Assembly: GCA_019358935.1 (NCBI GenBank)
Contig: JAHHIK010000111.1
Coordinates: forward strand, 1-26,996
Reading direction: 5' to 3'
Length of the DNA: 26,996 nt
DNA from: Tolypothrix carrinoi HA7290-LM1
GTDB lineage: Bacteria; Cyanobacteriota; Cyanobacteriia; Cyanobacteriales; Nostocaceae
In this document: positions 9,635 through 18,591 of the stretch, in pieces
Layout of the letters: every line of letters starts with the position of its first letter
How positions within the stretch are numbered: position 1 is the first letter of the stretch
Made by a program: the position numbers and the translations under genes
Notes under the pieces: generated by a model
What the model was told of the DNA's origin: nothing
The model's input: the letters and a program-made list of their open reading frames with translations, nothing else
Databases searched by the model: none

Positions 9635-10480
9635 ATGCGTTGGCAAATCGGTCGTCGGAGCGAGAACGTAGAAGATCGGCGTGGAGGGCGGATTTCCGCT
9701 CCTGTGGTGGGTGGGGGTATTGGAGCAGTGATTTTATCGCTCGTGGTAGCCCTTCTGGGTGGCGATCCGAGTGTAATTTGGCAACAGGATGGCGTAGAGA
9801 GCGATCGCCCGACTACTGAATCACCTCGAACAACACAAGCTCAAGACCAAATGGCTGATTTTGTATCTGTGGTGCTAGCTGATACAGAAGATACATGGAG
9901 CAGTATATTTCGACAACAGGGAAACACCTACGTAGAACCGAAGTTAGTTCTTTATTCAAACGCGGTTGAGTCAGCTTGTGGATTTGCGCGATCGGCAGTT
10001 GGTCCATTTTATTGTCCGCGAGATCAAAAAGTCTATATTGACTTGAGTTTTTACCGCGATCTGAAAAATAAATACCAAGCACCAGGAGATTTTGCCCAAG
10101 CATATGTGATTGCTCACGAAGTTGGGCATCATGTTCAAAATTTACTGGGTATTTCTGACAAAGTTCGAGCGATGCAGAACCAGGTCGGTGAAGTAGAAGC
10201 GAATCAGCTTTCTGTCAGGTTGGAATTACAAGCAGATTGTTTTGCCGGAGTTTGGGCAAATCGTGCCGAGCGATCGCGGCAAATTCTTGAAGAAGGTGAC
10301 ATCGAAGAAGCGCTAAATGCAGCGAGTAGCATTGGCGACGATCGCCTGCAAGAACAAGCTAGAGGATATGTCGTACCAGAATCTTTTACCCACGGTTCCT
10401 CAGCTCAACGAGTTAGCTGGTTCAAGCGGGGTATCCAAACGGGCGATCCTAAGCAATGTAACACCTTTGCGAAAAGTTAG
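9635..10480 (+). CDS. Neutral zinc metallopeptidase (YpfJ-like)
   Basis: RRSENVEDRR N-terminus, a TM helix, GPFYCP.D, HEVGHHVQ, ELQADCFAG and FTHGSSAQR. Confidence 0.93.
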   Translation: MRWQIGRRSENVEDRRGGRISAPVVGGGIGAVILSLVVALLGGDPSVIWQQDGVESDRPTTESPRTTQAQDQMADFVSVVLADTEDTWSSIFRQQGNTYVEPKLVLYSNAVESACGFARSAVGPFYCPRDQKVYIDLSFYRDLKNKYQAPGDFAQAYVIAHEVGHHVQNLLGISDKVRAMQNQVGEVEANQLSVRLELQADCFAGVWANRAERSRQILEEGDIEEALNAASSIGDDRLQEQARGYVVPESFTHGSSAQRVSWFKRGIQTGDPKQCNTFAKS

Positions 10481-10631
10481 GAGTTAGTGGTTAGTGGATA
10501 GTCGATAGTCGATAGTCGATAGTCGATAGTGGTTAGTGGATAGTCGATAGTAGTAATTTTTGACAACTAACCACTATCCACCAACAACTAACCATTAACA
10601 ACTAACAACTAACCACCAACAACTAACTACT
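10476..10631. repeat. Heptamer short tandem repeat (STRR-like) array with inverted arms
   Basis: GTTAGTG/GATAGTC units at about 10476-10553 and complementary CAACTAA/CCACTAT units at about 10563-10631, between convergent genes. Confidence 0.9.
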
Positions 10632-11927
10632 CTAAATACCCAACCTTTGATAAACCTCCTCTAAATGCTTCAGATGCTGCTGTGGATCGAAACATTCCGC
10701 AATTTCTGCCGGCGATAACTTTTCGGTAACGCGAGGCTCTTTGCTAATCAAGTCGTGAAAATTGCCTTCTGGTTTATTCCAAGCTGCGTGAGCGCTTTCT
10801 TGAACAATTTTATAAGCTTCTTCTCGCTTCATTCCTTTTTCTATTAAAGCAAGTAGCACTTTCTGACTAAAGACCACCCCACCATAACAGTTGAGATTTC
10901 GTTCCATGTTCTCAGGATAAACCAGCAGGTTTTTCACTAAGTCGATGGTTTCCTTTAGCATGAAATGTGTCAAAATGCAAGCATCGGGAAACATTACCCG
11001 CTCAACGGAACTGTGGGAAATGTCGCGTTCGTGCCAAAGTGCGACGTTTTCCAAAGCTGCTACAGTATGACTTCTGATAATGCGTGCCATTCCCGTTAAT
11101 CGTTCGGAACGGATGGGGTTACGCTTGTGTGGCATAGCTGAAGAGCCTTTTTGCCCTTTGGAAAAGAATTCTTCAACTTCGAGAACGTCTGTTCTTTGTA
11201 AGTTGCGAATTTCCACCGCAAAGCGTTCGATGGAGGCAGCGAGTAAAGCTAATTGTTGCACGTAATCGGCATGACGATCGCGTGAAATAACTTGAGTTGA
11301 TGCGGTATCGGGTTGTAGTCCCAACTTAGAACAAGCGATCGCTTCCACACGCGGATCGATGTTAGCATAAGTTCCGACCGCACCGGAGATTTTCCCTACA
11401 GCGATCGTTCCTTTGAGAATTTTTAAGCGTTCTTGGTGACGCAACATTTCTGCCAACCATCCAGCCAGCTTAAAACCAAAAGTAATTGGTTCAGCATGAA
11501 TACCGTGCGATCGTCCAGCCATCACCGTATAACGATGTTCTTTTGCCTTTTCGCGAATGGTAACAATTAAATCTTCCACATATTGCAACAACAAATCAAG
11601 ACTTGCTATTAATTGCAAAGCTAAAGCCGTATCTAGCACATCCGAACTAGTCAAGCCTAAGTGAATATAACGTCCTGCATCGCCAACATATTCATTTACG
11701 TTTGTTAAAAAAGCAATCACATCATGGCGGACTTCTGCTTCAATTTCTAGCACTCGCTTTGGGTCAAAATTCGCCTTTGCCTTAATTTCCTCAACTGCCT
11801 CGGTAGGAATGTAACCTAATTCAGCTTGAGCCTCACAAACAGCAATTTCTACTTGCAACCACGTTTTTAATTTATAAGCTTCCGTCCACAAATTGCCCAT
11901 TTCTGGCAAGGTATAACGCTCAATCAC
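10632..11927 (-). CDS. purB: Adenylosuccinate lyase
   Basis: MIERY, RHDVIAF, HLGLTSSD, GRSHGIHAEP and the signature GSSAMPHKRNP. Confidence 0.99.
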   Translation of the reverse strand: MIERYTLPEMGNLWTEAYKLKTWLQVEIAVCEAQAELGYIPTEAVEEIKAKANFDPKRVLEIEAEVRHDVIAFLTNVNEYVGDAGRYIHLGLTSSDVLDTALALQLIASLDLLLQYVEDLIVTIREKAKEHRYTVMAGRSHGIHAEPITFGFKLAGWLAEMLRHQERLKILKGTIAVGKISGAVGTYANIDPRVEAIACSKLGLQPDTASTQVISRDRHADYVQQLALLAASIERFAVEIRNLQRTDVLEVEEFFSKGQKGSSAMPHKRNPIRSERLTGMARIIRSHTVAALENVALWHERDISHSSVERVMFPDACILTHFMLKETIDLVKNLLVYPENMERNLNCYGGVVFSQKVLLALIEKGMKREEAYKIVQESAHAAWNKPEGNFHDLISKEPRVTEKLSPAEIAECFDPQQHLKHLEEVYQRLGI

Positions 11928-12058
11928 AGACTGCCACAGAGTTCAACCGTCATATTTTACAGTTTTACAGTAAAAGTGTTGTAGAAAAAAACATCAGTTA
12001 AGCGCCAAGAACGGACTAATACTAATTGAAGTTATACATTCTCTATAAATATATTCAC

Positions 12059-12604
12059 TTATACTACAGTCTTATCTGCTTTCTGTTGAGGTAAAGAACT
12101 GCTTTTGGAATCAGATGTAATGATACTAATGCTACCATCAGCTTCCAGATACGCCTTTTTCACATCAGCTAAAAACTCTACACCCTGCTGACGTAATTGG
12201 CTCATCAACTCTTCTTCTGTAATCAGTTCCTGTTCCAGATGGCGCAATATCAGACGCCCATTTTTTACAAGTAGTAAAGGTGGGGGATTAAGAAACTGTT
12301 GAAACTTGGGAATTTTGTAGCCTAACCAGTTGAGCAAATAGCTCCAAAAAATAACAGTTCCTACTAAAATGGCTCCTTCGGTAATTGATGTATAAGTGCT
12401 TGCCATCGCATTTTGGGCGGCTTCAGCAAATAATACAACCACCAGCAAATCGGGAATTCCGAGCGTTCCCATTTGTCTGCTGGGGAGAAAGCGTAGCACT
12501 GAGAACAATGCAAGGTATACCAGCGAACCTCTAACAATCAGTTCCACGACGCTCATGCTGGGGACAAAAATTGCTTGCCAATTGACTGAGAACCATCTAT
12601 GCAT
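12059..12604 (-). CDS. DUF421/YetF family membrane protein
   Basis: Three TM segments, then PLLLVKNG, ITEEELMSQLRQQG and AYLEADGSISI. ATG at 12604 is preferred as start. Confidence 0.88.
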   Translation of the reverse strand: MHRWFSVNWQAIFVPSMSVVELIVRGSLVYLALFSVLRFLPSRQMGTLGIPDLLVVVLFAEAAQNAMASTYTSITEGAILVGTVIFWSYLLNWLGYKIPKFQQFLNPPPLLLVKNGRLILRHLEQELITEEELMSQLRQQGVEFLADVKKAYLEADGSISIITSDSKSSSLPQQKADKTVV

Positions 12605-12657
12605 TATCACTATCAGGTGGGCAAACATAAATTTTTAGCCTTGAGTTATGAAAATCA

Positions 12658-13677
12658 CTAATTTTTGCCTCTGCGTTTTAAGCGTTTGCCTTGTGTCAGT
12701 TTCCCAAATAGGCGATTAATAAAATTAGAATTTTTTTTCCTCGTTGATGGTTGTTCAGTATGCTTGGATTTCAGTCCTAGATTAGCGCGAGCTTTATCAG
12801 TCATGGGGATAGCATTGTCAGCCGGGACAATTTGCGAGCCGTATCTTCTGGCGTAAACTTGGGTAAACTCAGCACCAAAAAAGAGAATTTGGGCAGCATA
12901 ATAAACCCAAGCGATGACAACTACCAGAGAACCTGCCGCACCGTAAGTTGAACCGAAACTGCCGTTTCCTAAATATTGCCCTAAAACAAACCTACCGAAG
13001 GAAAATAATAGTGAAGTGATAGCAGCTCCAATCCAAACATCACTCCAGGTAATTTTTACATCTGGTAGAACTTTAAATATTAGCCCAAACAGCACAGTAC
13101 TGATTGCAAAACTAAGTAAGAAATTAATTATCTGCCAGATAAAAGCAATACCCGGTATCAAGTTATTAAAGTAAGCTACTATTGCTGCTAATATTCCACT
13201 AATTATCAGGGACACCAGAAGTAAAAAGCCGATACCCAGCACCATCGCAAACGACAAAAAGCGATTGCGAACCATGTTTTTTACAGCGCGTCCTGGTTTG
13301 GGCTGTACTTCCCAAATTGTATTTAGAGCATCTTGTAGTTCAGTAAATAGACCAGTCGCACCAAATATTAGAACTACGATACTAATGATGGAAGCGATCG
13401 TACCCTGTTTTGGTTGACTGGCATTTTTAATTGCTTCTTGGATGACTGTTGCCCCAGCCTTGCCAACTAAACCTTGAATTTGTGCGAAAATTTGACCACT
13501 TGCGGCTTCTTCTCCAAATACTGCACCAGCGATCGCAATTACAATAATTAGCAACGGTGCGATCGAAAATATCGTGTAATAAGCTAACGCTGCCGATAAC
13601 CGCGAGGCTTTATCATCATTCCATTCTTGAAATGTCTCTTGGAATAGCCCCAAAATTCCCTTCACATTCATCAACAA
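12658..13677 (-). CDS. YihY/virulence factor BrkB family membrane protein
   Basis: AALAYYTIFSIAPLL, LQDALNTIW and STYGAAGSLVV...WVYY.AQI.FFGAEF. Confidence 0.95.
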   Translation of the reverse strand: MLMNVKGILGLFQETFQEWNDDKASRLSAALAYYTIFSIAPLLIIVIAIAGAVFGEEAASGQIFAQIQGLVGKAGATVIQEAIKNASQPKQGTIASIISIVVLIFGATGLFTELQDALNTIWEVQPKPGRAVKNMVRNRFLSFAMVLGIGFLLLVSLIISGILAAIVAYFNNLIPGIAFIWQIINFLLSFAISTVLFGLIFKVLPDVKITWSDVWIGAAITSLLFSFGRFVLGQYLGNGSFGSTYGAAGSLVVVIAWVYYAAQILFFGAEFTQVYARRYGSQIVPADNAIPMTDKARANLGLKSKHTEQPSTRKKNSNFINRLFGKLTQGKRLKRRGKN

Positions 13678-13967
13678 GTCTCCTTTTGCCAGTATCTAGC
13701 TTGCCTTAGACTTAATTGATACCCAATCTCTCAAGCCGCCACATCTGCCAGAAGGCGTTTTTCTTGCGTCCTTGAGGCAGAACTGTAGTTAAATACAATT
13801 AGACTTCTGAATTCTCATTTATCTGTATAATTTATCAAATTTTCCGTAAACAGTGCAAAACTACATGTAGATTGTAATAACCGCAATACTACTGATGACA
13901 AAGATTTACAGGGTGGCTGACTACTTGACTAAATCAGTAGATATCAATATACAATCATAGACTTATC

Positions 13968-14837
13968 ATGCGTACTTTGGGATTTACTCAGCGCTTTTTT
14001 CTATTGGTTACTCCTTTGATAGCTACTTCTAGCTTAGTAACCTCACCCAGTCAGGCTGCTACACTCGCTTTATCTGAGGGAGAATTTTATTTAAAAAACT
14101 TCAGTCTTGACCCGGAAGTAACCGCAACTGTAAATAATGCTAACATCTCACTAAATGGCGAGGTATCAGCCACTAATAATGCAAACATAGATTTTCTCCT
14201 CGAACCAGCAGAAGTCATTAATAAATCTTTAAGTCAAGCCTTTGGTGAAAATAAAAATTATTTAGGATTGGCAAACGCTGATGGTAAAGTTTTAGGTAAC
14301 TTTTTTGTAGATGCTGGTGAATCTTTTTCTGTAGACTTTACAGCATTTTTAGACTTGGAAACATCAAGAGATGAACCAGCAGAGAAAGCCAAGGCAAGTG
14401 CAGATATTTATTTTTTATTATTTGACACAACTGACATCGCCAATCAAGGTCTTTTAGATGACTTTTTTACTCAGTTGTTATCTGACACTACGCCGAACAT
14501 TAAAAAAACTCCTTTAGACTTCTTCTCTTTGACGGCAAATGTAAATTCTTTCAATGACAAGGATTTTATTACAAGTCAAAAAAGTGAAAATTTAACTTTA
14601 TCTAATCAAGATACTCAGTTTAATTTTGGTGGCAACGCAGAATTTGCGACAGCTTTGTTTGAAGGTTCTTTAAAACGCTCTTTTGCCACTCCAACAAATT
14701 TAACTTTCATCCAAGTTAGAAGAAGTCAGGTGAAAGTTTCAGTACCTGAACCATCGACTAGTCCGGCTTTACTTTTTTTATCTGCCTTAGTTGCCGTTGC
14801 TACTAAAGCAAAACTGAAAAAGACTACCTCAGCATAG
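13968..14837 (+). CDS. PEP-CTERM sorting-domain exported protein
   Basis: Signal peptide ending SPSQA-AT; C-terminal VPEPS followed by a hydrophobic helix and a basic tail KAKLKK. Confidence 0.88.
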   Translation: MRTLGFTQRFFLLVTPLIATSSLVTSPSQAATLALSEGEFYLKNFSLDPEVTATVNNANISLNGEVSATNNANIDFLLEPAEVINKSLSQAFGENKNYLGLANADGKVLGNFFVDAGESFSVDFTAFLDLETSRDEPAEKAKASADIYFLLFDTTDIANQGLLDDFFTQLLSDTTPNIKKTPLDFFSLTANVNSFNDKDFITSQKSENLTLSNQDTQFNFGGNAEFATALFEGSLKRSFATPTNLTFIQVRRSQVKVSVPEPSTSPALLFLSALVAVATKAKLKKTTSA

Positions 14838-14846
14838 TTTAAACGT

Positions 14847-14900
14847 ATATAGCAACCTTTAGAAACCCGGTTTCTCCAAGAAACCGGGTTTCTGCTATAT
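14847..14900. repeat. Palindromic dispersed repeat (possible terminator)
   Basis: ATATAGCA...TGCTATAT ends enclose AGAAACCCGGTTTCT-CCA-AGAAACCGGGTTTCT. Confidence 0.7.
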
Positions 14901-14902
14901 TT

Positions 14903-14994
14903 GGCATTGCTGATTTGATTTATGACGCAAAATTTTATGTAATACCAAACTGTTATGTCTTTACATCTTGGTTCATACCTCAATTCAGCAGTAC
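14903..14994. mobile_element. MITE-like element, GGC(A/G)TTGCTGA family, degenerate copy
   Basis: GGCATTGCTGATTTGATTTATGA ... TCATACCTCAATTCAGCAGTAC imperfect inverted ends, shared with the element at 16089-16199. Confidence 0.65.
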
Positions 14995-15150
14995 TGCAAA
15001 TTTTATGCCATTAGGTAGAGAAACGCTTTCTACCAATAGGAGTATGACTAATGCTTCCGCTTTCTGTTAAATAACTAAAGGAAAAGATGTAGTTAGTGCG
15101 ATTTTATCCAACTAACGATTAGTAATGCCCAATTCGTAAATAAAATATTT

Positions 15151-15933
15151 ATGCAACTTACAAATAAAGTAGCATTGGTGACAGGAGCAGGTTCCGGCAT
15201 TGCCAAGGCAGCGGCAAAGTTGTTTGCTAAAGAAGGCGCTAAAGTTGCTGCATTAGGGCGTACAAAGGAAGAACTAGAAGAAACTGTTGCTCAAATTGAA
15301 AGCGATAATGGCGAAGCAATTCCACTGATTGCTGATATTTCCCAGCCAGAAGAAATGCAACAAGCAATTCAGCAGATTGCAGATAAGTGGGGACGTTTAG
15401 ATATTGTATTTGCTAACGCCGGAATTAATGGAGTTTGGGCACCTATAGATGAATTAACACCCGAAGAATGGGACAAAACAATCAATATCAATCTGAAAGG
15501 AACCTTTTTAACAGTTAAGTATGCTGTACCTCACCTGAAAAAGCAGGGTGGATCGATTATTATCACTTCTTCTGTCAACGGGACACGCATTTTTAGTAAT
15601 AGCGGTGCGACTGCTTATTCATGTTCCAAAGCCGCACAAGTTGCTTTCACAAAAATGATTGCTTTAGAACTTGCTAAACACCGCATTCGTGTTAATGTAG
15701 TTTGTCCTGGGGCAATTGAAACTAATATTGATGACAGCACCCAAAGACGAGATTTAGAACATATCCAAGAACCAGTTGAGTTTCCTGAAGGTAAAATTCC
15801 TTTGACTGATGGCAAACCAGGAACATCTGAGCAAGTAGCACAATTAGTGCTATTTTTAGCATCAGATGCTTCTAGTCATATCACCGGTACTCCAATTTGG
15901 ATTGATGGGGCAGAATCTTTGTTGAAGGCTTAG
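15151..15933 (+). CDS. SDR family NAD(P)-dependent oxidoreductase
   Basis: TGAGSGIA, ANAG, the catalytic Ser, YSCSK and PG motifs. Confidence 0.95.
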   Translation: MQLTNKVALVTGAGSGIAKAAAKLFAKEGAKVAALGRTKEELEETVAQIESDNGEAIPLIADISQPEEMQQAIQQIADKWGRLDIVFANAGINGVWAPIDELTPEEWDKTININLKGTFLTVKYAVPHLKKQGGSIIITSSVNGTRIFSNSGATAYSCSKAAQVAFTKMIALELAKHRIRVNVVCPGAIETNIDDSTQRRDLEHIQEPVEFPEGKIPLTDGKPGTSEQVAQLVLFLASDASSHITGTPIWIDGAESLLKA

Positions 15934-15944
15934 GAGTAACTCAA

Positions 15945-16088
15945 TCACTGCATTCTATCTATGGTGCGATACTGAATTGCTTCTGCGACATGATTTGCTT
16001 TGAGGTCATCATCTCCCGCCAAATCTGCAATTGTGCGTGCTACTTTGAGAATGCGATCGCTTGCTCTTGCCGATAAGCCTAATTTTTT
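15945..16088 (-). repeat. Orphan duplicate of the yifB/comM 3' end (last 47 codons); island boundary repeat
   Basis: 15947-16088 matches 22002-22143 with 5 mismatches. It encodes the identical peptide [47 protein letters not shown]. Confidence 0.97.
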
Positions 16089-16199
16089 GGCATTGCTAAA
16101 TTTAGGGATGAAAATGATTTTGCGTGATTTCAAAACCCTTGTAGAGACTTGCATTGCAACGTCTTTACACCAAGATTCATACCATCAATCAGCAACGCC
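16089..16199. mobile_element. MITE-like element, GGC(A/G)TTGCTGA family
   Basis: 24-bp imperfect inverted ends GGCATTGCTAAATTTAGGGATGAA / TTCATACCATCAATCAGCAACGCC, with an internal GTAGAGAC...GTCTTTAC hairpin. Confidence 0.75.
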
Positions 16200-16221
16200 A
16201 CTTCATTTTATACAAACAAAG

Positions 16222-16797
16222 CTAGTTGGAATTGAGCAAGAAGGAGTTGAAAAATTCTTGGCTCTCTAGTGTCAGTTGCTTTGGTGTTCTTGCTCCCAGA
16301 ATAAACATACGATCGCCCACAAACGTCATCCGATAGTTGCCTGTAGTGCCATCTTTATGTTCAACAATCACCTCAAGAGCAGGGTGCTTATCATACTTAA
16401 GGGCTTTGCTTTGAGTAATTTTCCCTTCTGCTTCACCCTCACTACTAAAAGCTGATTGAAAAGCCGCCATCATCTTGTCCTGAAGTTCTTGCTCATTCAG
16501 AGATTCAATTTCTGATGATACAGATGTTTCCAGAATGATGTATACAGTTTCAGTTGTTTCATTGTAAGACACTAACATTTCAGGTGTATCTTCAAGGATT
16601 TTACCCGGCATCTGAATTGAAAAATGCTCTCTGGTGTAAGCTTTATTCGCAGTAACCTGAGTCACGAGTTGTTGCGATCGCATTGAATTATTGCTCAATC
16701 CAAATGCAAAACTTGGCGAGCTTGAGAACAAAAGAGTTGATGCTACAACGGGAGCCACGAAACGAAATGAAAAGGAACTGAAGTTTTTATTCAACAT
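16222..16797 (-). CDS. Hypothetical exported protein
   Basis: ATG at 16797 follows AGGAG. Signal peptide ends SPSFA. FSIQMPG near the start and FFNSF at the end are reminiscent of PsbP/DcrB-like folds (unverified). Confidence 0.75.
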   Translation of the reverse strand: MLNKNFSSFSFRFVAPVVASTLLFSSSPSFAFGLSNNSMRSQQLVTQVTANKAYTREHFSIQMPGKILEDTPEMLVSYNETTETVYIILETSVSSEIESLNEQELQDKMMAAFQSAFSSEGEAEGKITQSKALKYDKHPALEVIVEHKDGTTGNYRMTFVGDRMFILGARTPKQLTLESQEFFNSFLLNSN

Positions 16798-16914
16798 GGA
16801 AGTTTCTCCTGAATTGGATGCTTCCAATATAGTTATGACGTATCTGCGTTCGGCTCAAAGTTCTTCGCGCAATGATGAACTTTTGATATGAGTTATTATT
16901 ATGTAATGATTTTT

Positions 16915-18591
16915 TTATTGCTGTTGTGATTGTTTTTTACGTTGGAGGAGATCATCGCGTAATTCAATCGTGTCTTTGTCATACTGGTTTAGTTGAATCG
17001 CGCGATCGTAGTCTGATAGAGCCTCATCATAGCGACCTAGAGCCTCATAGACTCGTCCACGTAGAGAAAATGCCTCTTGATCGGCTGAATTGAGTTCAAT
17101 CGCTCGATTTAAATCTTTCAGCGCTTTTTGATAAAGTTCCTGTTTACTAAATTCTCCTAATGTTTCCGGATAGCTCGCTGCTAAGTAATAAAGAAGACTT
17201 CGTGTGTAGATTGCTCTATCGTCATTACCAGGATCTAGTTGAACTGCTTGATTGAGGGCTGACAGTGCGTCTTTATATTGACCTTCTATTCCATAGTAGG
17301 AACCGAGTTGAACCCATGCTCGTGCTATTTTAGGATCTACCTTAATTGCCTGCTCCAAATCTGCCAGAATTTGCCCTTTATGCTTCTCGCGATCTAATTG
17401 CCAAGAAGCAACGGCTCGTGAAGTGAGCACCTCAGCATTATGGGGATTGAGTATCAGTGAGCGATTGTATTTCGAGATAGCTTCTTTATACAGTTTATCA
17501 GAAGCCAGAAGCTTACCTTCATCGTACAGTTGTTCAGCTTCGCCAATCGTTTTATATTTTTGCGCCTCAGATTCAGGATTTGATAGTAATTGAGGATTGC
17601 CTCGTTGAGCCAGTTTGAAGAGTTTGATTGCTTTTTCAACCTCACCTTTCTTCGCTTCCTCTCGACCTTTTACAACAAGGGCTGGTGCGGTCTCCTGAAG
17701 AATAGAATTACTCTGGCAAACTCTCAAATCTAATAATGCTTGAGGCTTTGCAATGAAGTAATTAGTAAGCCAATTGCAACCCTGATTGAGAAGCGTACTC
17801 AATTTTAGTTCTTGGGGTTTCCACCGTCTTACACTTCCATCCCCTGCTCCCACAACAATTTCTCCATCGGGAGCAAAACTTACGGTAAAGACATGGGTTT
17901 GCCCCATATACAATCGAGCAAACTGCTTTTGGGATCTCCAATCCCAAAGTTGAGCAGTGCCGTCAAATCCTGCGGTTGCTATGTGTTTTCCATCTGGACT
18001 AAAGCTTAAGCGCCAGATAAGGTCAGATTGAGGTTTTAATTCTGATAGTTTCTTTCCTGAACGATTCCACACTCTAACAATTCCGTCGTATCCTGCGCTT
18101 GCAAACTGCTCACCAACAGGACTGAAACTGACGCTCATCAGAGGTTCGTCAGAAACTTTAATGTCACGCATTAGCCCTTTGTTGATCGCCTTTATTGGAT
18201 TGAAATCCCAAAGTTTGACGTGACCATCTGTTCCTGCGGTTGCAAGGGTGCGTCCATCATTACTAAAACTGATATCCCAGACCCATGAGTCATGCTTGAA
18301 CTCAGCAACCTGCTTGCCAGAGAGATCCCACAGCCTTACAGTGTAGTCCTGTCCACTTGTAGCAAAGTATCGCCCATCAGGAGTAAAGGCGATACCAAGG
18401 AGAGTGGCATTTGGGTGTCCTGTCCACTGTTGAGATTTACGGGTGACAAGATTATGAAGCCGAATCTTGCCATCTGCGCTGACTTGGACAATCCACTTGC
18501 CATCTGGGCTAAAGCTAGCATTGTTTGCATCGCCGCGATCGCCTAGATATTCATAGACGACTTTATCTGCTCGATCTTTATCTGTTATATT
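16915..18591 (-). pseudogene. WD40-repeat plus TPR-repeat C-terminal part of a split AAA_35 gene
   Basis: The frame of ORF 16915-18171 stays open upstream to about 18591 with three more WD40 repeats (ASFSPDGKWIV, AFTPDGRYFATSGQDYTVRLWD, SFSNDGRTLATAGTDGHVKLWD). These are followed by GCNWLTNY and TPR repeats. Confidence 0.85.

Noticed and set aside
10476..10631. Possible CRISPR array
   Set aside because: The units are 7-bp tandem repeats with no unique spacers, and no cas genes are present.
15945..16154. 69-aa ORF as a real gene
   Set aside because: Its N-terminus is read from MITE sequence and the remainder is the duplicated comM tail.
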